A program made the translations under genes and the position numbers. A stretch of DNA of 64,000 nucleotides. Source: the human T2T-CHM13v2.0 reference genome, Homo sapiens. Shown here piece after piece: positions 19,005 through 33,066 of the stretch (its first letter is position 1; each line of letters starts with the position of its first letter). Under the pieces are notes generated by a model. The model did no database searches, was not told where the DNA came from, and was given only the letters and a program-made list of their open reading frames with translations. Where the stretch lies: the NCBI RefSeq assembly GCF_009914755.1, contig NC_060940.1; one strand, 5' to 3'.

Positions 19005-19302
19005 TTTGTTTGTTTGTTTGAGACAGAGTCTCGCTCTGTCACCCAGGCTGGAGTACAGAGGTGTGATCTCGCCTCACTGCAACCTCCGCCTCCCAGGCTC
19101 AAGTGATTCTCATGCCTCAGCCTTCTGAGTAGCTGAGACTACAGGTATGTGCCAGCACACCTGGCTAGTTTTTGTATTTTTAGTAGAGACGGAGTTTCAC
19201 CATGTTGACCAGGCTGGTCTTGAACTCCTGACCTCAGGTGATGCGCCTGCCTCGGCCTCCCAAAGTGCTGGGATTACAGGCGTGAGCCACCAGCGCCTGG
19301 CT
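19005..19302 (-). mobile_element. Alu (AluS-type)
   Basis: Full antisense dimer with a (TTTG)n tail. Confidence 0.95.
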
Positions 19303-21424
19303 AGTGTGTCCATTCTCAAACCAATCACTGTATCCAGGGGGACAACACCCTAAAAAAAAAGCTGGGCTTGAATCCTGCGCCTGTCCCTGTAACTGGAGGG
19401 CGGAGTACTCTGTCCCCAACTACTTGGTCTGGAAATGGGAAGTGGGAGATGTTTGAAAGGATTATTCTAGTGCTCCTGACAAGGCCATGAAGGGGATGTA
19501 TGCTGGACAGGCAAGAGTTAGAAGAAGAAAAGTTATCTATTATAAATTGTGAGCACCAAAGCTTCATTAAAGGCACCTCACGTGATACGGAGGGAATAGC
19601 ATCAGACTTGAAAAGGCTTTTGGCTATTTGATTGCCCAAAAAGAAAGAAAAGAAAGATGAAAGAAATCACTGAGCTTTCTAGCATTTTATCTAGAGGTGA
19701 TTTCTTAGAATCGTGTTCAGCAAAGGCAGCATATCAAGGGCTTAAGACAAGTCAGGCTTGAGAACATCAACTATGGTCAGGGAATGGTGGTAAAGAAGAC
19801 AGCTGAGGAGGTGGAATCTGTCTGCCTGGCCTGGAAAGGTTATACTAACCACACTTCCCTCCCAACCCACCCACCAAATCCAGCTGAAACCTTCTCATCT
19901 TTCAAATCTCTTTCCTCAGGCTTGTCCTTAACGCAGTGTGTATCTGTTTTCCGATCACCACTCATTTTTGCATTCGTTTGTCTGACAAAGCTCTGAACTG
20001 CAGAGCAAAGACCATGTCTTGTATGCTTATCTTGTGGTGGGGAAAATTATTGTACTGAACCTGTAGATTATTGTGAGAATTAAATGACCTGACAAAGATG
20101 ATGATGATAGCTAAGGTGAGCTAAGTGCTCACTTTGTGTTGGGCACTGCAACTATTGTTATCATCCCACTTTCAGAGGTGATGAGACCGAAATGCTTTCT
20201 GAGGCTGTAGACCTGGTAAGTGGTGCAGCCAGGATTGAAGCACAGAGGGTCTGACTCCTGGCCTGGGTCCTTTCCCATCACATCAAAGCACTTAGCACGG
20301 TGCCTGGCATTGAGCAGGCCCTCAGTAGATGCGAGCTGCTGTTTATAGTCAGAGAAGGAGAAGCTTGACTCCTGTCTGGCGTTGCTGGTATTTGTGTGCT
20401 AGCCCTGTGGTCCCAGGTCTGGACAGTCAATGGCTAATGCAGAATCGAACCCTCCCCAATTCCGTTTTCCATACATGTTGGAATTGAGCTAGCTGCTGTA
20501 ACAGATTTCAATGCCAGACTCTGTTTCTTGTTGATGTTACTGTTTGGATGCTTGTGGTTGATGAGTGGCTTGTGTGTAGATCCCAGATCTTTCCATAGTG
20601 AGCCTTCACCATCCCCTGGGGCAAGAGTTAACAAACTTTTTCTGCAAAGGGCCAGATAGTAAGCTAAGAGCCTGAGTTGGGACATGTCTGGACTGAAGCT
20701 GGAATGATTCCTTTTTCGGCCCTGATTTTTTACTTTCCTTCTTATGAGAAAACTCCAGAACCTTTGTCTAGAGTATATAGTGCTCTGAAGTAGAACGTTA
20801 AAATAACCCCTTTACCTTCCCTCCCTCCCCTTATCCATGTGGTTTGCATTAAACTCAAAGGTCCTGACAGGTGGCGCTTCTGTGCTCTGCTGTCTCCTTT
20901 CTCCAGTTCCCAGCATGGCACCAGGCACACGGTCAAGGCCAAGTCAAGGGCTTTTAATTGAATGGAGCTTTTGCAGACCTCTCCTGTGTAAACAAAGGTG
21001 CAAATGGGACAGCAGAGTAGCTGGGCCTGGAAGCCGTGTGGACCTGGGTTCAAATCCCAGCTCTGACGCTAGTTAACGTGGCCAAGGGCAAGCTAATTCA
21101 TCTCTGTGAGTTTCAGTGTTCTTACCTGTAAAAGGGAGGTACCGCTACCTTCTTGGGAAGAGTGTTTTTGAAGATACAGTAGCTGCCGTATTTTGAGTGG
21201 TGCCTGGTGGGCTGTGGCGGGTGGCTATTCTGTCTGTAGCCGTTGTATTCACAGGGAGGAGTCCAGAGAATCGGCAAGGTCACGCATCCCCGGCCCTGCT
21301 CCGGAGGGCGAGCTGGGCCCCATGCTTCCCAGCGTGTCTGGATTGTTTCTGTAGATAGGTGCTTGGCCTTCAGAAGCATGGACCGGTGTCACCTCTCAGT
21401 AGCACAGCTCGATGAACTGTAGCA

Positions 21425-21640
21425 GCGGGGCGGCAACAAGCTTGCAGACTGTTTTTGATGGCCCATTGATTTCTTTTTTCTGTTGCTTCTGGATGGCCTG
21501 TAGATATATTTTGTTTGATCTGCACTGTGATATTCAGGCATTTGAATTAGCTGCTAGCTGATTTGAGAATGGAGAGATCTTGCCTAATGATCTGGATTTG
21601 CAGCTTCCCTTAAAAAGCAGACAGAGCTGGCCCTGCGAGC
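21425..21640. mobile_element. MER102/Charlie8-type hAT fragment
   Basis: 'tttgaattagctgctag..gagagat..tctggattt..gcttcccttaaaaa' motif, shared with the copies at about 32.1, 41.2 and 46.9 kb. Confidence 0.5.
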
Positions 21641-22679
21641 TCCTGCTCTCAAAGGGCTGTGGTCCGCCAGAGCGTCCCTCCCGCTTTACCAACGTTCCTG
21701 GTGCCCTCTGTTAAGCCTGTGGCCATTGCAGTATGGAATTGTCTTTGGGGTGTTTGATTCACTCCAGGTTTCTTTTATCTCCACCAGCTCCAGGGCGGGG
21801 TATAAATGCCACACCACCTTCTCTCTCCTGGCTGGCTCTGAAGGGTACCTGTTCCTCCCCAGCCATGTCCTACCCTGAGGGAGCTTTCTTGGGGACACAC
21901 AATGGCCAAGCAGAGTGGAAAGAACATGGCCCTGGAGTCCCTACACTGTGGGGTCCTGGCCATAATACTTATCTCCTTTGAGCCTCATCTGTGAAATGTC
22001 GTTCAGGTTGGAGATAGTGTCCATAAGTCCCTCCGCTCAGTTCCCGGCATCCAGCACACGTTGGCTGGTGCTAACATTTTGTCTCCATTATGGTCTCTCT
22101 GCCCACTGAGACATTTCAGCCTGTGGCCTCTGCAGTGAAGAATTTATGCTGGTTGTAGAGGCTACAATTAAGGCAGTTAGAGGTAGTCCCACCTAATGCC
22201 ACCACTGCTGCCATTAAAGCCTCTGAGAATCTCTAATCCAGACCCTGGGTGACCGTCACAGTTGGAATCGAGTGTGAAGGGATTCAGGGCATGGGGAGGG
22301 CATTCACTCGGTGATCACAAGGGAAGGGCACCAGGCATGCCATCTGTCAGCCCAGCGAGCCCCTCAGCTGGTCCAGGGCCCACACCACCCAAGCAGTTGC
22401 TTAGAGGGCTGGGGAGGCACGGGGAGCGGATCCCAGGGAAGACTGAAATGTAGAGTGTCTGAGAGCACTGGGAATTCCTGGTTGGAATTCCACAGCTCAG
22501 TCTTGGCTTCTGAAATTATTGGCCTTGGGAGCTCTTTCAGGGCAGAACATGTCGGAACCCCGTATCCTGTCTTTGGGTCCCATGGAGGGGTGTCCTGGCA
22601 GTAAACAGGTGTGGGCAAGAAAATATCTTTCCTTTTTGTTTTTTCTCTTTGGACCTCAGATACAAAAATGTGAGTGAAA

Positions 22680-22800
22680 CCAAGGGTAGTGGCTTACACC
22701 TGTAATCGCAGCACTTTGGGAGGCCAAGGTGGGAGGATGGCTTCAGCCCAGGAGTTTGAGACCAACCTGAGCAACATAGTGAGAGCTTGCCTCTCAAAAT
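22680..22800 (+). mobile_element. FLAM_C / Alu left monomer
   Basis: 'gtggcttacacctgtaatcgcagcactttgggaggcc..ggagtttgagacc'. Confidence 0.85.
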
Positions 22801-23431
22801 CCATGAACCAATGAATGAATAGATCCACCCCTCCATTCCGCCACATGAGTGAATGCCGTTCCCAGCTCCTGGCATGCTGTCCTCACTGGTCACTCTAAAG
22901 CCCTGTATTTATTCCCTCTTGTCCCTGTTCTCCCTGCCACAGGCAGCTGCTCCAATAGCCTCAGCATGTATCTGTAAATTTGTTTCCTTCCAGAATATGT
23001 TGGGTGATTGCATGTATTTTTCATTTACTTCATGGCATTGTGCCGTAGTCCTCATTCTTTGGCTTGGTTCGCCCAGTGCCATGTTGCAGCTCCAGCCATG
23101 TGACAGTGCATCCCTGCACTCTGCCTCCGGGACTGTTGATTCTGTTTTTGGAGTGTGCATTGGTGACATCTCCTTTGATGTAGCCCATACCGCCCAGGAC
23201 GAGAATTCCTCTGGGAGAGATCCTCTAGCTGGAATTACAGGGTCATGTATTCTACTGTGTTTAATTTGACCAAATATTGATAGATTGCTCCAAAATATGG
23301 TAGTTTTACTGAGGGGTGTGTGCCTTGTGCTGAAGATGGATACAGGGATGAGGTGGACCGTGGAGGCCCTGGCAGCAGATGAGAGAGAGTCAGGGACATC
23401 TCAACAGATGAGGCCAAACTGCATAAGGAAG

Positions 23432-23943
<512 letters not shown>

Positions 23944-24018
23944 TCATCGCAGGTGGGGTCCTTCCTGTGGGGAGACAGGCTGCCATATCCAGCCCTTCTT
24001 GAGCAAAAGCACTCCCCC

Positions 24019-24099
24019 ACAGAGTCTCACTCTGTCGCCCAGGCTGGAATGCAGTGGTGCCATTTCGGCTCACTGCAACCTCTGCGTCCCGGGTTCAAG
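24019..24099 (-). mobile_element. Tail-less 80-nt Alu right-arm fragment
   Basis: 'acagagtctcactctgtcgcccaggctgg...cccgggttcaag' with no poly-T and no evident TSD. Confidence 0.9.
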
Positions 24100-25406
24100 G
24101 CTGGGGTTCTGTTGAGACATAAAGATGAGATTTCATCCAACCACAGATTTCTCACTGTGCCAGGAGGAAAGTTTTTGGAACTCTGGTATTTTGGTTCACC
24201 CTATGTGAACTGCGGGACTAGTTCATTTTTTTATTTCTGTTTTTAGCAAAGCCGCAGGTCTCCTGTGGTCATGAATGCATGGGTCTTAAGAGGCAGGACA
24301 GCCTCATACTCCTGAGCTCAGGTGTGGAACTCAAGCAGACGTGGCTCTAAGCTCAGCTGGGTCACCTTAGAGAAGCCACTGAATCTCTTGGAGCCTCAGT
24401 TTATGCTTTGCCAAATGGGGATATTACTGTCTATTTCCCAAAGCTGTTGCAGGGGTATGCTGAGATAATGGAAGCAAACACTCCACATCGTGCTTGGCAT
24501 GTAGGAATCTGGTGATAAAGGTCCTATTATTGTTACGAGAAACACGTGTGAGGAGAGTGTAACTGGGCCTTCAGCTCCGTGTGGAGCCCTTGTTCCTTTC
24601 CTGAAATAGAGACATGCTTTCCTCCCTGTGTTTGCAGTGAAGTTTTGATTTAGGCACATCGTCATTGTAGATGCGCGATCAGGTTTTATTTTCTGTTCTA
24701 ACATTTAGCAGTTTAATGATACCGCGTGAATGCTGTGGTGTAGTCTCCGAGCTCTTTCATGGGTATTCCTCTCTTGAGCTGCCCAGGGATTGGGGCTATG
24801 ATCTGTCATCCCCCCTCCCCCGCAACTTTAGAGTAAGATCTCGAAAGCAATGGGGCTGAGCTCAAAACCTCGGGCTGTCCCACAGCCTCCTATGGGACTT
24901 GAGAACTTCAGAGTTCATTCTAGGTGGACCAGGAAACCACTGGACGGCGTTGGGCAGGGCAGAGGAAGTGGTCGGGCCGCATAGAAGCGACTCGGTTCAC
25001 AGTAGCTGTGACCGTTCACTGAGGGGTGTGTGCTTTGTGCTGGGCACTGAAGATGGATACAGCCGTGAGGAGGACCCTGGAGGGCCTTGCAGCGGATGGG
25101 ATGGGGGAGAGTCAGGGATGTCTCAACAGATGAGGCCAAACTGCAGCTGGTTCTGGCTTCGTGGTACAGGCAGCAACCAGCTGTCCCCCAGGGGATGTAG
25201 GGAGGCATTTGCATTGGCCCCTAAGATTAAGTTTGGGGTGTGAGCATCTCCTTGGTGGTGTGAAAGTGCCCAGGGAGTGGAGCTGTGCCAGGTGAGAGGG
25301 TGCGGCTGGAGAGGCAGGTGGGAGCTGGATGGTGAGGGCCCTTGAGTGCTCTGCAGGGAGCTTGAATCTCCCCATCACTGTTTACGTCCATCATGGAAGG
25401 CCCAGG

Positions 25407-25408
<2 letters not shown>

Positions 25409-25459
<51 letters not shown>
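25409..25459. repeat. (AT)25 microsatellite
   Basis: Uninterrupted alternating AT, 51 nt, at the tail of an Alu fragment. Confidence 0.98.
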
Positions 25460-25460
<1 letters not shown>

Positions 25461-25462
<2 letters not shown>

Positions 25463-25573
25463 TTCGGTTTTTGAGACAGGGTCTCCCTCTGTTGCCCAGG
25501 CTGGAGTGCAGTGGTGCGATCTCAGCTCACTGCAGCCTTGACCTCCCATGCTCAAGTGATCTTTCCACCTCCC
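25461..25573 (-). mobile_element. Alu right-arm fragment (AluJ/FRAM-like)
   Basis: 'ttgagacagggtctccctctgttgcccaggctggagtgcagtgg...gctcaagtgatc'. Confidence 0.88.
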
Positions 25574-26139
25574 ATGGGGTTGTTTTGGAGTTTGCCATTG
25601 CTTCTTCACTTGACTGGCCCCTTCTCTTCCGTGGGACTCATGAGCAGTACTCGAGGGAGACGAGCATCCCATGGATACGCAGGCGGTTGATGGATTCTCT
25701 CTACCATGGGTGCCTGATGGAGGCTGGAGTACGTGCATGAACCATAGACCGTCCGTGCTTTCAGGGACAACTAGGTGCTGTTCACTTCTCCTCACAGGGC
25801 CTGGCACAGAAGTGAAGTCAAAGAGATGTCTGCTTAGATGGAGAACTGAATCCGATCCCATGGGCTCAATCAATGCCTGGGGAGTGAGGGCGAGATGGCC
25901 TCTGCAGGGCGAGGCCTGTTTCCTCCCCTCCTCCCTCCTTCCCAGTCCGTCACCAAAGCACTTGTTTGGGAAGTGGTGGCAGAGCGGAGTTGCTGGGGTG
26001 AAAGAGTCGATGGGGCCTTGCTTCCCTTGTCCCCACAGAGGGCAGTGGCCCTGGCCTCCAAGGCAGTGTGTCCGCAGAGGCTTATGGGAGGGGAGTCCCA
26101 CCAAGGGTGTCTTTGACATGCATCCTGCCCTGCGTACCC

Positions 26140-26520
26140 CTTCCTCAGTTCTCTCTTCTCCTCTCTGACCCTGCCCTCCCTCATCCTCCCTTCCTCTGAA
26201 CTCCTCTCCCCTCCCTCCCATACCTTTCCTCCCTCTCCCTTGCCCTGCCCTACTGTGCCTGCCTTTCTCCTGCCCTGCTTGTTTTCTGTCCTCCTCTCCC
26301 CTCCCCTTCCTAGTGCTCCCTCCCCAGCCCTCCTGCCTTGCCCTCCTCTCCCCTTCTCTCCCTTCCCCTGCCTGCCCTGCCCTGCCCTGCTCTCTTCTCC
26401 TCAGCCTTCCTCTGCCCTGCCCTGCTCTCCCTTCCCCTCCCCTCTACTCAGTTCTCTTTCCTCCTACCCTCTCCTCTTCCCTGCGCTGCCTTCCTCTGCT
26501 CTCTCCTTCCCTTCCGTACC
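26140..26520. repeat. CT-rich low-complexity tract (CCCTG/CCTCT/CCCTT units)
   Basis: About 380 nt made almost entirely of C and T on the + strand. Confidence 0.92.
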
Positions 26521-27586
26521 CTTGCAAAACACCTTCAGCTAAAGACTTCATCTCTCCCCTCTTCTGTCCATGCCTGGTGCGTTCCAGGTGGTGATCACCT
26601 AGAAAAAGGCCTGATGAACAAGCTGCAGGACCTGTTCCAGCCTCTCAGCCACGCCGTTGCCCCGCTGATTGGCCCAGATGGGAGCCTCAGGACCTTCCTC
26701 ATGAATATTTGGGGCCAAGTCCCAGTATAAAGATTAGAACAGTTTTCTTTTCTAAATTTGCAATTGTATTATTTTCCCCAAATTAATCAGGGGAGGCCAC
26801 TTCGTGAAGCTTTGCTAACAGCGCCCAGTCAGCAGCTGATAAAAGGAGCTCTGTGACATTTGGGAAGCCACCGCTATGAGGGCCACCATGCCCGACTATT
26901 TGTTGCTCTCAGATGTCTCTGTGGAGAGTTTTTAAGTGGCAATAACAGGAATTGCTCTCGTCAGCTTCCCAATTAGCAACCGCACAGTGGGCTCCCCAGA
27001 AACAACTGCTCAGGCCTGGGTGCTGGGAGCCCAGGCGTCCCCCGTTATAAAGCAGAGTTCACAGGTTGGCATGGATTTGCCGTGGATTGCGGCTTGCTCC
27101 CTGCATCCCAGGGTGGCAGGATTGGGCCTGTGGTTTTGATGAGTTCCACACCTCCCAGCTGGCTAATGCTTGAAAGAAGAAAGGCAGATTTTCAATGCTC
27201 CAGGGATAAAACAGAGGGGCTTTTTAAAATTGAAGACTCAGAGCTGTTTTCAGTCTCATAGAAGGAATAGCTGATTCTCACTCTCTGGCTTAAAATGCCT
27301 GTCACTCCTTGGGGAAAGTCCAGATTCTCTCATGTGGCTTCCTAGGGCTGCCCTAGCTCCCCCTACCTCAGGCCCCTCTGCTCCTGAATCTTGTGGTCCC
27401 CCTAAGCTACTGTCTTTGGCATCTTCAGGCTCCTCCCTGCCCTGGAGCTGCCTTTCTCTCCCACTGTCGTAGAGCAGAGTGGATATAAGGGCACTGGCTC
27501 AGGAATCAGGCCTCTTGGGGCCAATTCTTGTTTCTACCCCCCAACTAAGGAGTTGTGGACCTGGGCGCCTCTGAGTATCAGCTTCA

Positions 27587-27990
<404 letters not shown>

Positions 27991-28149
27991 AAAAAGCCCC
28001 TCTCTCGATGGGCTGCTGAGAATAAATGAAATGATGCTTAAGCATAGGTGTGCCTAGCCCAGTGCCTGGCAGAGAAAGCACTCCAAAAATGTTGCTAGTA
28101 ACGGCTCCTCCTGCTGCTGCTACTAATAATGATGATGGTCATTATTATG

Positions 28150-28860
28150 TCACATAGTCCTGTGGGAGGGCTCCCTAACCCCCATTCAGATCAGGCACCC
28201 TGTCCTCATTCTCCCCTATGGAAGACCTTGTGTAGCCCTTCATCAGGCGTGTGTTGTGGCTTTGTCACACTGTTTTGTAATGATCGCTTTGCATGTCTTT
28301 TCCAGCTGACTGTAAGTTCCACGAAGGCGGGATCCACAGGTCTCATTTATCTTTTAACTGGAAGTGCCTGGCTCACAGTAGGCCCCCAAAGAATGCATGC
28401 TGAATGAATCAACAAACGAATATATGTGACTGGAGAGCTGAATGAGAGGATGAATGATTGCACCCCATCCGCAAGTCACCCCTGAAATAGATCAGTCAGC
28501 TCTGAAATAGAACTGAAACCCATTCGCTTCTCCTTGCCTCCCCAGCCGCCACCATCTCCTGCCTGGATGACTGCAGCAGCATCCTTGCTGGCCTCTCTGC
28601 TTCCTGCATTGCCTCCTCTGAATCTTCAGGTGACCTCCGAAGTCACCTCCTCCCAGGTGCCTTCCTGTCCTAGCCACCCAAGCCAAGTCCATCTCTGTGC
28701 CAGCACTCTTTATGATGTATTCACGTATCTGCTTGTTGGCTCTACTGGATCTAAGCTCCGGAGGGCAGGGGTCACATCTGTTTGCCAATACGTTCCTTCA
28801 AGGCACGGTGCCTTGGACATATGCAGGCATGCGGCAGATAGTCACTGAGTGAACCATGCA
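28150..28860 (+). mobile_element. L2 3'-end remnants (two pieces)
   Basis: 'gactgtaagttccacgaaggcgggatc..gtgcctggctcacagtaggc..gctgaatgaat' and 'ctaagctccggagggcagggg'. Confidence 0.65.
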
Positions 28861-29234
28861 GGAGCCAGCACAATTAACGCGAGTGCCAGTAACCAGCCTG
28901 GGCGTAAATCTGTAACTCGATGGTGCACCACGAGTTAACTTCTCATTCATGTCACAGTCCACTGCAGATCAGGCAGCCCCTCCTTTCTCCACGTGTGGGC
29001 TACATGCTCCCAGAGAAAGGGGAAGGGGAAGCAGGGGAGGGGAGGATGGCAGGGAATTTCCTTTTCTCGGCTAGGCCTAGACGTGGCCTGCCCCAACTCC
29101 CATTACCTTACATTAACCATAAGTCAGCCGATGGCTCTCGTCTAATTGCAAGGCATGCTGGGAAGCCTGGTCTGTCTTTGTGCCCAGAAAGAAGAAACGG
29201 GGTTGGTGAGCCAGTCTCATCAGAATGGGTACGA

Positions 29235-29584
<350 letters not shown>

Positions 29585-30599
29585 TTAGTAGTCTAGTCAA
29601 CATTCTAGAATTCTCTAGCCAGTGACAAGTTCCTATATCAGCTGACTCCAAAGCAGATATCTCTTAAGGGGGCTGAGCTGCCTGCTACTCCCGATAGACA
29701 AGACCTTTTTATTTTACAAAATACCTTGATGTTCCTTGATGAAAAGAAAAAGAACTTTGGAAATGCAAAATCACCTCTGTCTGTCACGTAGCTGACACGA
29801 GGTGCGGCTCCTGGGGAGGGGCCCACTGGGGAGCGGGACATGCGTTGCAAAGACACACTTGTCAGAAACAAACCAGGAAACAAAATTCAGGGAAATACAG
29901 GGGGCGGGGCCTGAGCATTGCTTCCAGGAGCCTCGTTGTCTTGTTCACAGCATTCCATCGTTTTAAAAATAGCTATTCTTCATTTGATGATAACTTTATC
30001 TTCTTGAAGCTCAAAATAAAATTAACCTTTTCTGGAGGGAAGAAAAATATTCCTATTAAAATTGTCTCGAGTGTTCTTTTTGAAAGCGAGGCCCAACTCC
30101 CAGTGCCGTCTATGAATAGCTCTCAGGCATCATTGACGATGGCGTTATGGTAGGAATACCACACAGAGTGACAGCAGAGCCACGGGTGGGTGGCAAGGAC
30201 TCATTAGGCAGCCCCTAGAGAAGTCTGGCAGGTTCCATACGCTGGGTTTGCCTCCAGTCCTGTGGCTTCTCATCTGAATTTTGGCTGCCACCCTAGGAGC
30301 CCAACCAGAAAACTCACAGATCCCTCATGGCCCTTTAAGAGCTGGACATTCCTCAGGGGGTCAGGGCCCTTCCTGGATGCCCTGTCTCCTCCTGGGAGCC
30401 CCATGTGACAGATGGGGCCTCTGAAGGCCTAGTTCCCTGTCTTCACTCACTTGCTCCCTGGTGTTCGGCTCTCTTTGGAATCAGGGAGCTGGCTTCCAGG
30501 CCAGTCTGTCCACTCCACCACCAGGGATCTTTGTTCTCTCTCTCTGGACTTTCGCAACATCCTCCAGGCCATTCTTCCTATGGTCTGCCTGGCCTTCCC

Positions 30600-31220
30600 T
30601 AATTTTATCCCAACAGGTATTTGTTCTCTCAACAAATGTGTATGGAGCCTCTTGGGATCTCCAGGCACTGTGATAGGCTCCGGCGATAAAGGGATGAACC
30701 AGACAGATAAGGTGCCTGCCTTGGTGGAATTACCATCTAGCAAGGGAGGTGGGGGAGTTAGCAAGAGTCCTGCAGTGAAGGAATGAGACTATCCCAGGAA
30801 GCAACGAGTGCTTTGAAGAAAGGAGAATGAGGACTGGATCAGAGAGGGCCTGGGCGACCTCCACTGGCATGTCCCGAGAGGTCTCTCGGAGGTATTGGCA
30901 CAGGAGCGAAGACCAAAATGGCAAGGCCTTCTGGGACATCCCAGATGAAGACAGGAGACATCAGGAGACTGTGTGCTGGACATGAGAAGAAACTTGGGGC
31001 TGCTAACATATTACAATGTTGGTGAGGGTCGGGGTGGGAGGTACTGGGGAGAAGGTGACGTGAAGAGAGGTTAGCAAGGCGTGCTGCGGCCACGCGGCAA
31101 GGTTCCCATGAGCCACGCTAGTTTAGTCGTGTGTGCTGGGAGGTGGACAGAGTTCATGGGAGCCATTGAAGAATTCCAACTGCAGAGGGTCGTGATGGAG
31201 TTTTGAGAGCTCTCTCTGCC
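30600..31220 (-). mobile_element. L2 remnant
   Basis: 'caacaaatgtgtatggagc..ccaggcactgtgataggc..gaaccagacagataaggtgcctgccttggtggaattaccatctag'. Confidence 0.65.
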
Positions 31221-32021
31221 TAAGCTTCCTACACCCTACTGTCCCCCAGCATTGCTTCTCAGTGTTGATCAGATCAGCTACCTCATGCCTCCCACCTCCC
31301 GTTGGCTTTGTTCACTGGTCTACGTGGCTCTGCACGGTTTTACTGCTGCTCACACTGCAGTCTTACACCTCTGGAGCCGCTAAACCCAGCCACACCGGCT
31401 GCCTCCTGTTCCAGCAAGCCAAGCTCCTTCTGCCTGGGGGTTTCTTCTTGCATTTGCTGTTCTTTCCACTTGGCATGCCCTTCCCCCACCCTCAGGGCAC
31501 CACCTTGACCACCTGATGGCCACACGCCTTTCCTCCAGGAGCCAGCTAAAGCACCAGCTTCAGGGGCTGCTTCCTTGCAGTGACACGCTCTCTCCAGCCC
31601 TCCTGCAAACGTAGATATTCCTCCCTGCGAGGTTCCCTGAGCACCTGTGGGTTCCATCGCAGCACTTGCCCCAGCCTGTCCCTACCCCCTCCTGCACATT
31701 TAAACTCCTCGAGGAAAAGGATCCCAGCTAAACATCTGTGGATCATCAGCACCTGTCACAGGCCTGGTGGGCCATGTCAGCTACCAGGTGCTGAGCCTGG
31801 GTTATCACCAATGGGGTAGGAGCTACCCCATCGCTGTCTTGCAGATGAGAAACAGAGATTGCAGGGGATTTCGCTGCATTCCCACAGAGCCGGTAAATGG
31901 TACTGCAGGTCTCTGACAGCCTCAGGGAATGTCACCTTGTGATGTGAAGTAGATGCAGTGTAGCCTCTGGGATGCATTTCTGGGGCCTCGGCTGGTCATA
32001 CTGCCTGTGCAAGGGGTATAA

Positions 32022-32290
32022 ATCAGGGCTTGCAAATGCACTGGCCCACGGAGGCTGCCAGGACGGGGAGCAGGCTGTCCTGGGGAGTGACGGTGCTATG
32101 TGGTCCGCTAATCAGGCACTCCCGGCTTAGCCCCTACCCACTGGCAGGGCTGCTCATTATTTAAAGGGAAGCCAGAAATCTGGGTTTTATGCAGAAATCT
32201 CCCGGTTTTAATGTTTCAAAACATTGCTCAGGCCATACAAAACATACCTGTGGGTCACAGTTAGTCTGTGGACCTCCGTGAACAGCTTGT
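32022..32290. mobile_element. MER102-type hAT DNA transposon
   Basis: 'gaagccagaaatctgggttttatgcagaaatctcccggttttaatgtt'. Confidence 0.65.
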
Positions 32291-32748
32291 GGTGAAAATG
32301 GTGGCACCATGTCCCCCAAAAGGTCAGAACCCAGGTGATCGCAGGGGGAGTCCAGTCTGAACAGTATTGCATTCAACCTATTAAAGAATGGATAAAGAGG
32401 TGCACTGTAACTCGTCTTTTAAAATTCCAGAAGCAGCAGGCACATTTGAAAACTCAAACGTTTAAACACAGGCTAGGTCTTAGATAACACCAATGAGTCA
32501 TCATTAATTTTGTTACAGGTGATTATGCCTTTGTGGTCAAATGGGAAAATGTTGTTAATTTTTCAGAAATACACACTGAAGTATTTAGGAGTAAAATGTC
32601 ATGACTATAATTTACCTTAAAACACCTTAGCGAAAAGGTAAAAATGATGACACAAATATGGAAAAGAGTTAAGACTTTTTAGACAAAGTATTGTGGAGAT
32701 TCATTAAAATTTGTGCTGCTTTTTGTCTTATTTAAAATTTTTCAGCAA

Positions 32749-33066
32749 TCCGTGATGTCTCACACCTGTAATTCCAGCACTTTGGGAGGCCGAGGCAGGT
32801 GGATCACCTGAGGGCAGGAGTATCACCTGAGGGCAGGAGTTCGAGACCAGCCTGGCCAACATGGCGAAACCCTGTCTCTGTTAAAAATACAAAAATTAGC
32901 TAGGCATGGTGGTGTGCCCCTGTAGTCCCAGCTACTTGGGAGGCTGAGGCAGGAGAATCTCTTGAACCAGGGATTGCACCACTGCACTCCAGCCTGGGCG
33001 ACAGAGCGAGACTCTGTCCCGCCTGCAAAAAATAAAAATAAAAATAATAATAATAATAATAAAAAA
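32749..33066 (+). mobile_element. Alu (AluS-type) with an internal 19-nt duplication, a right-arm deletion and an (AAT)n tail
   Basis: atcacctgagggcaggagt x2 at 32803-32840; the 'aggcggaggttgcagtgagccg' segment is missing near 32970. Confidence 0.93.

Noticed and set aside
25391-26730. 276-aa, 165-aa and Pro/Leu/Ser-rich ORFs
   Set aside because: They are built from the CT-rich tract, an Alu fragment and the (AT)n repeat (YIYIYI). Stop-poor low-complexity sequence with no recognisable protein family.
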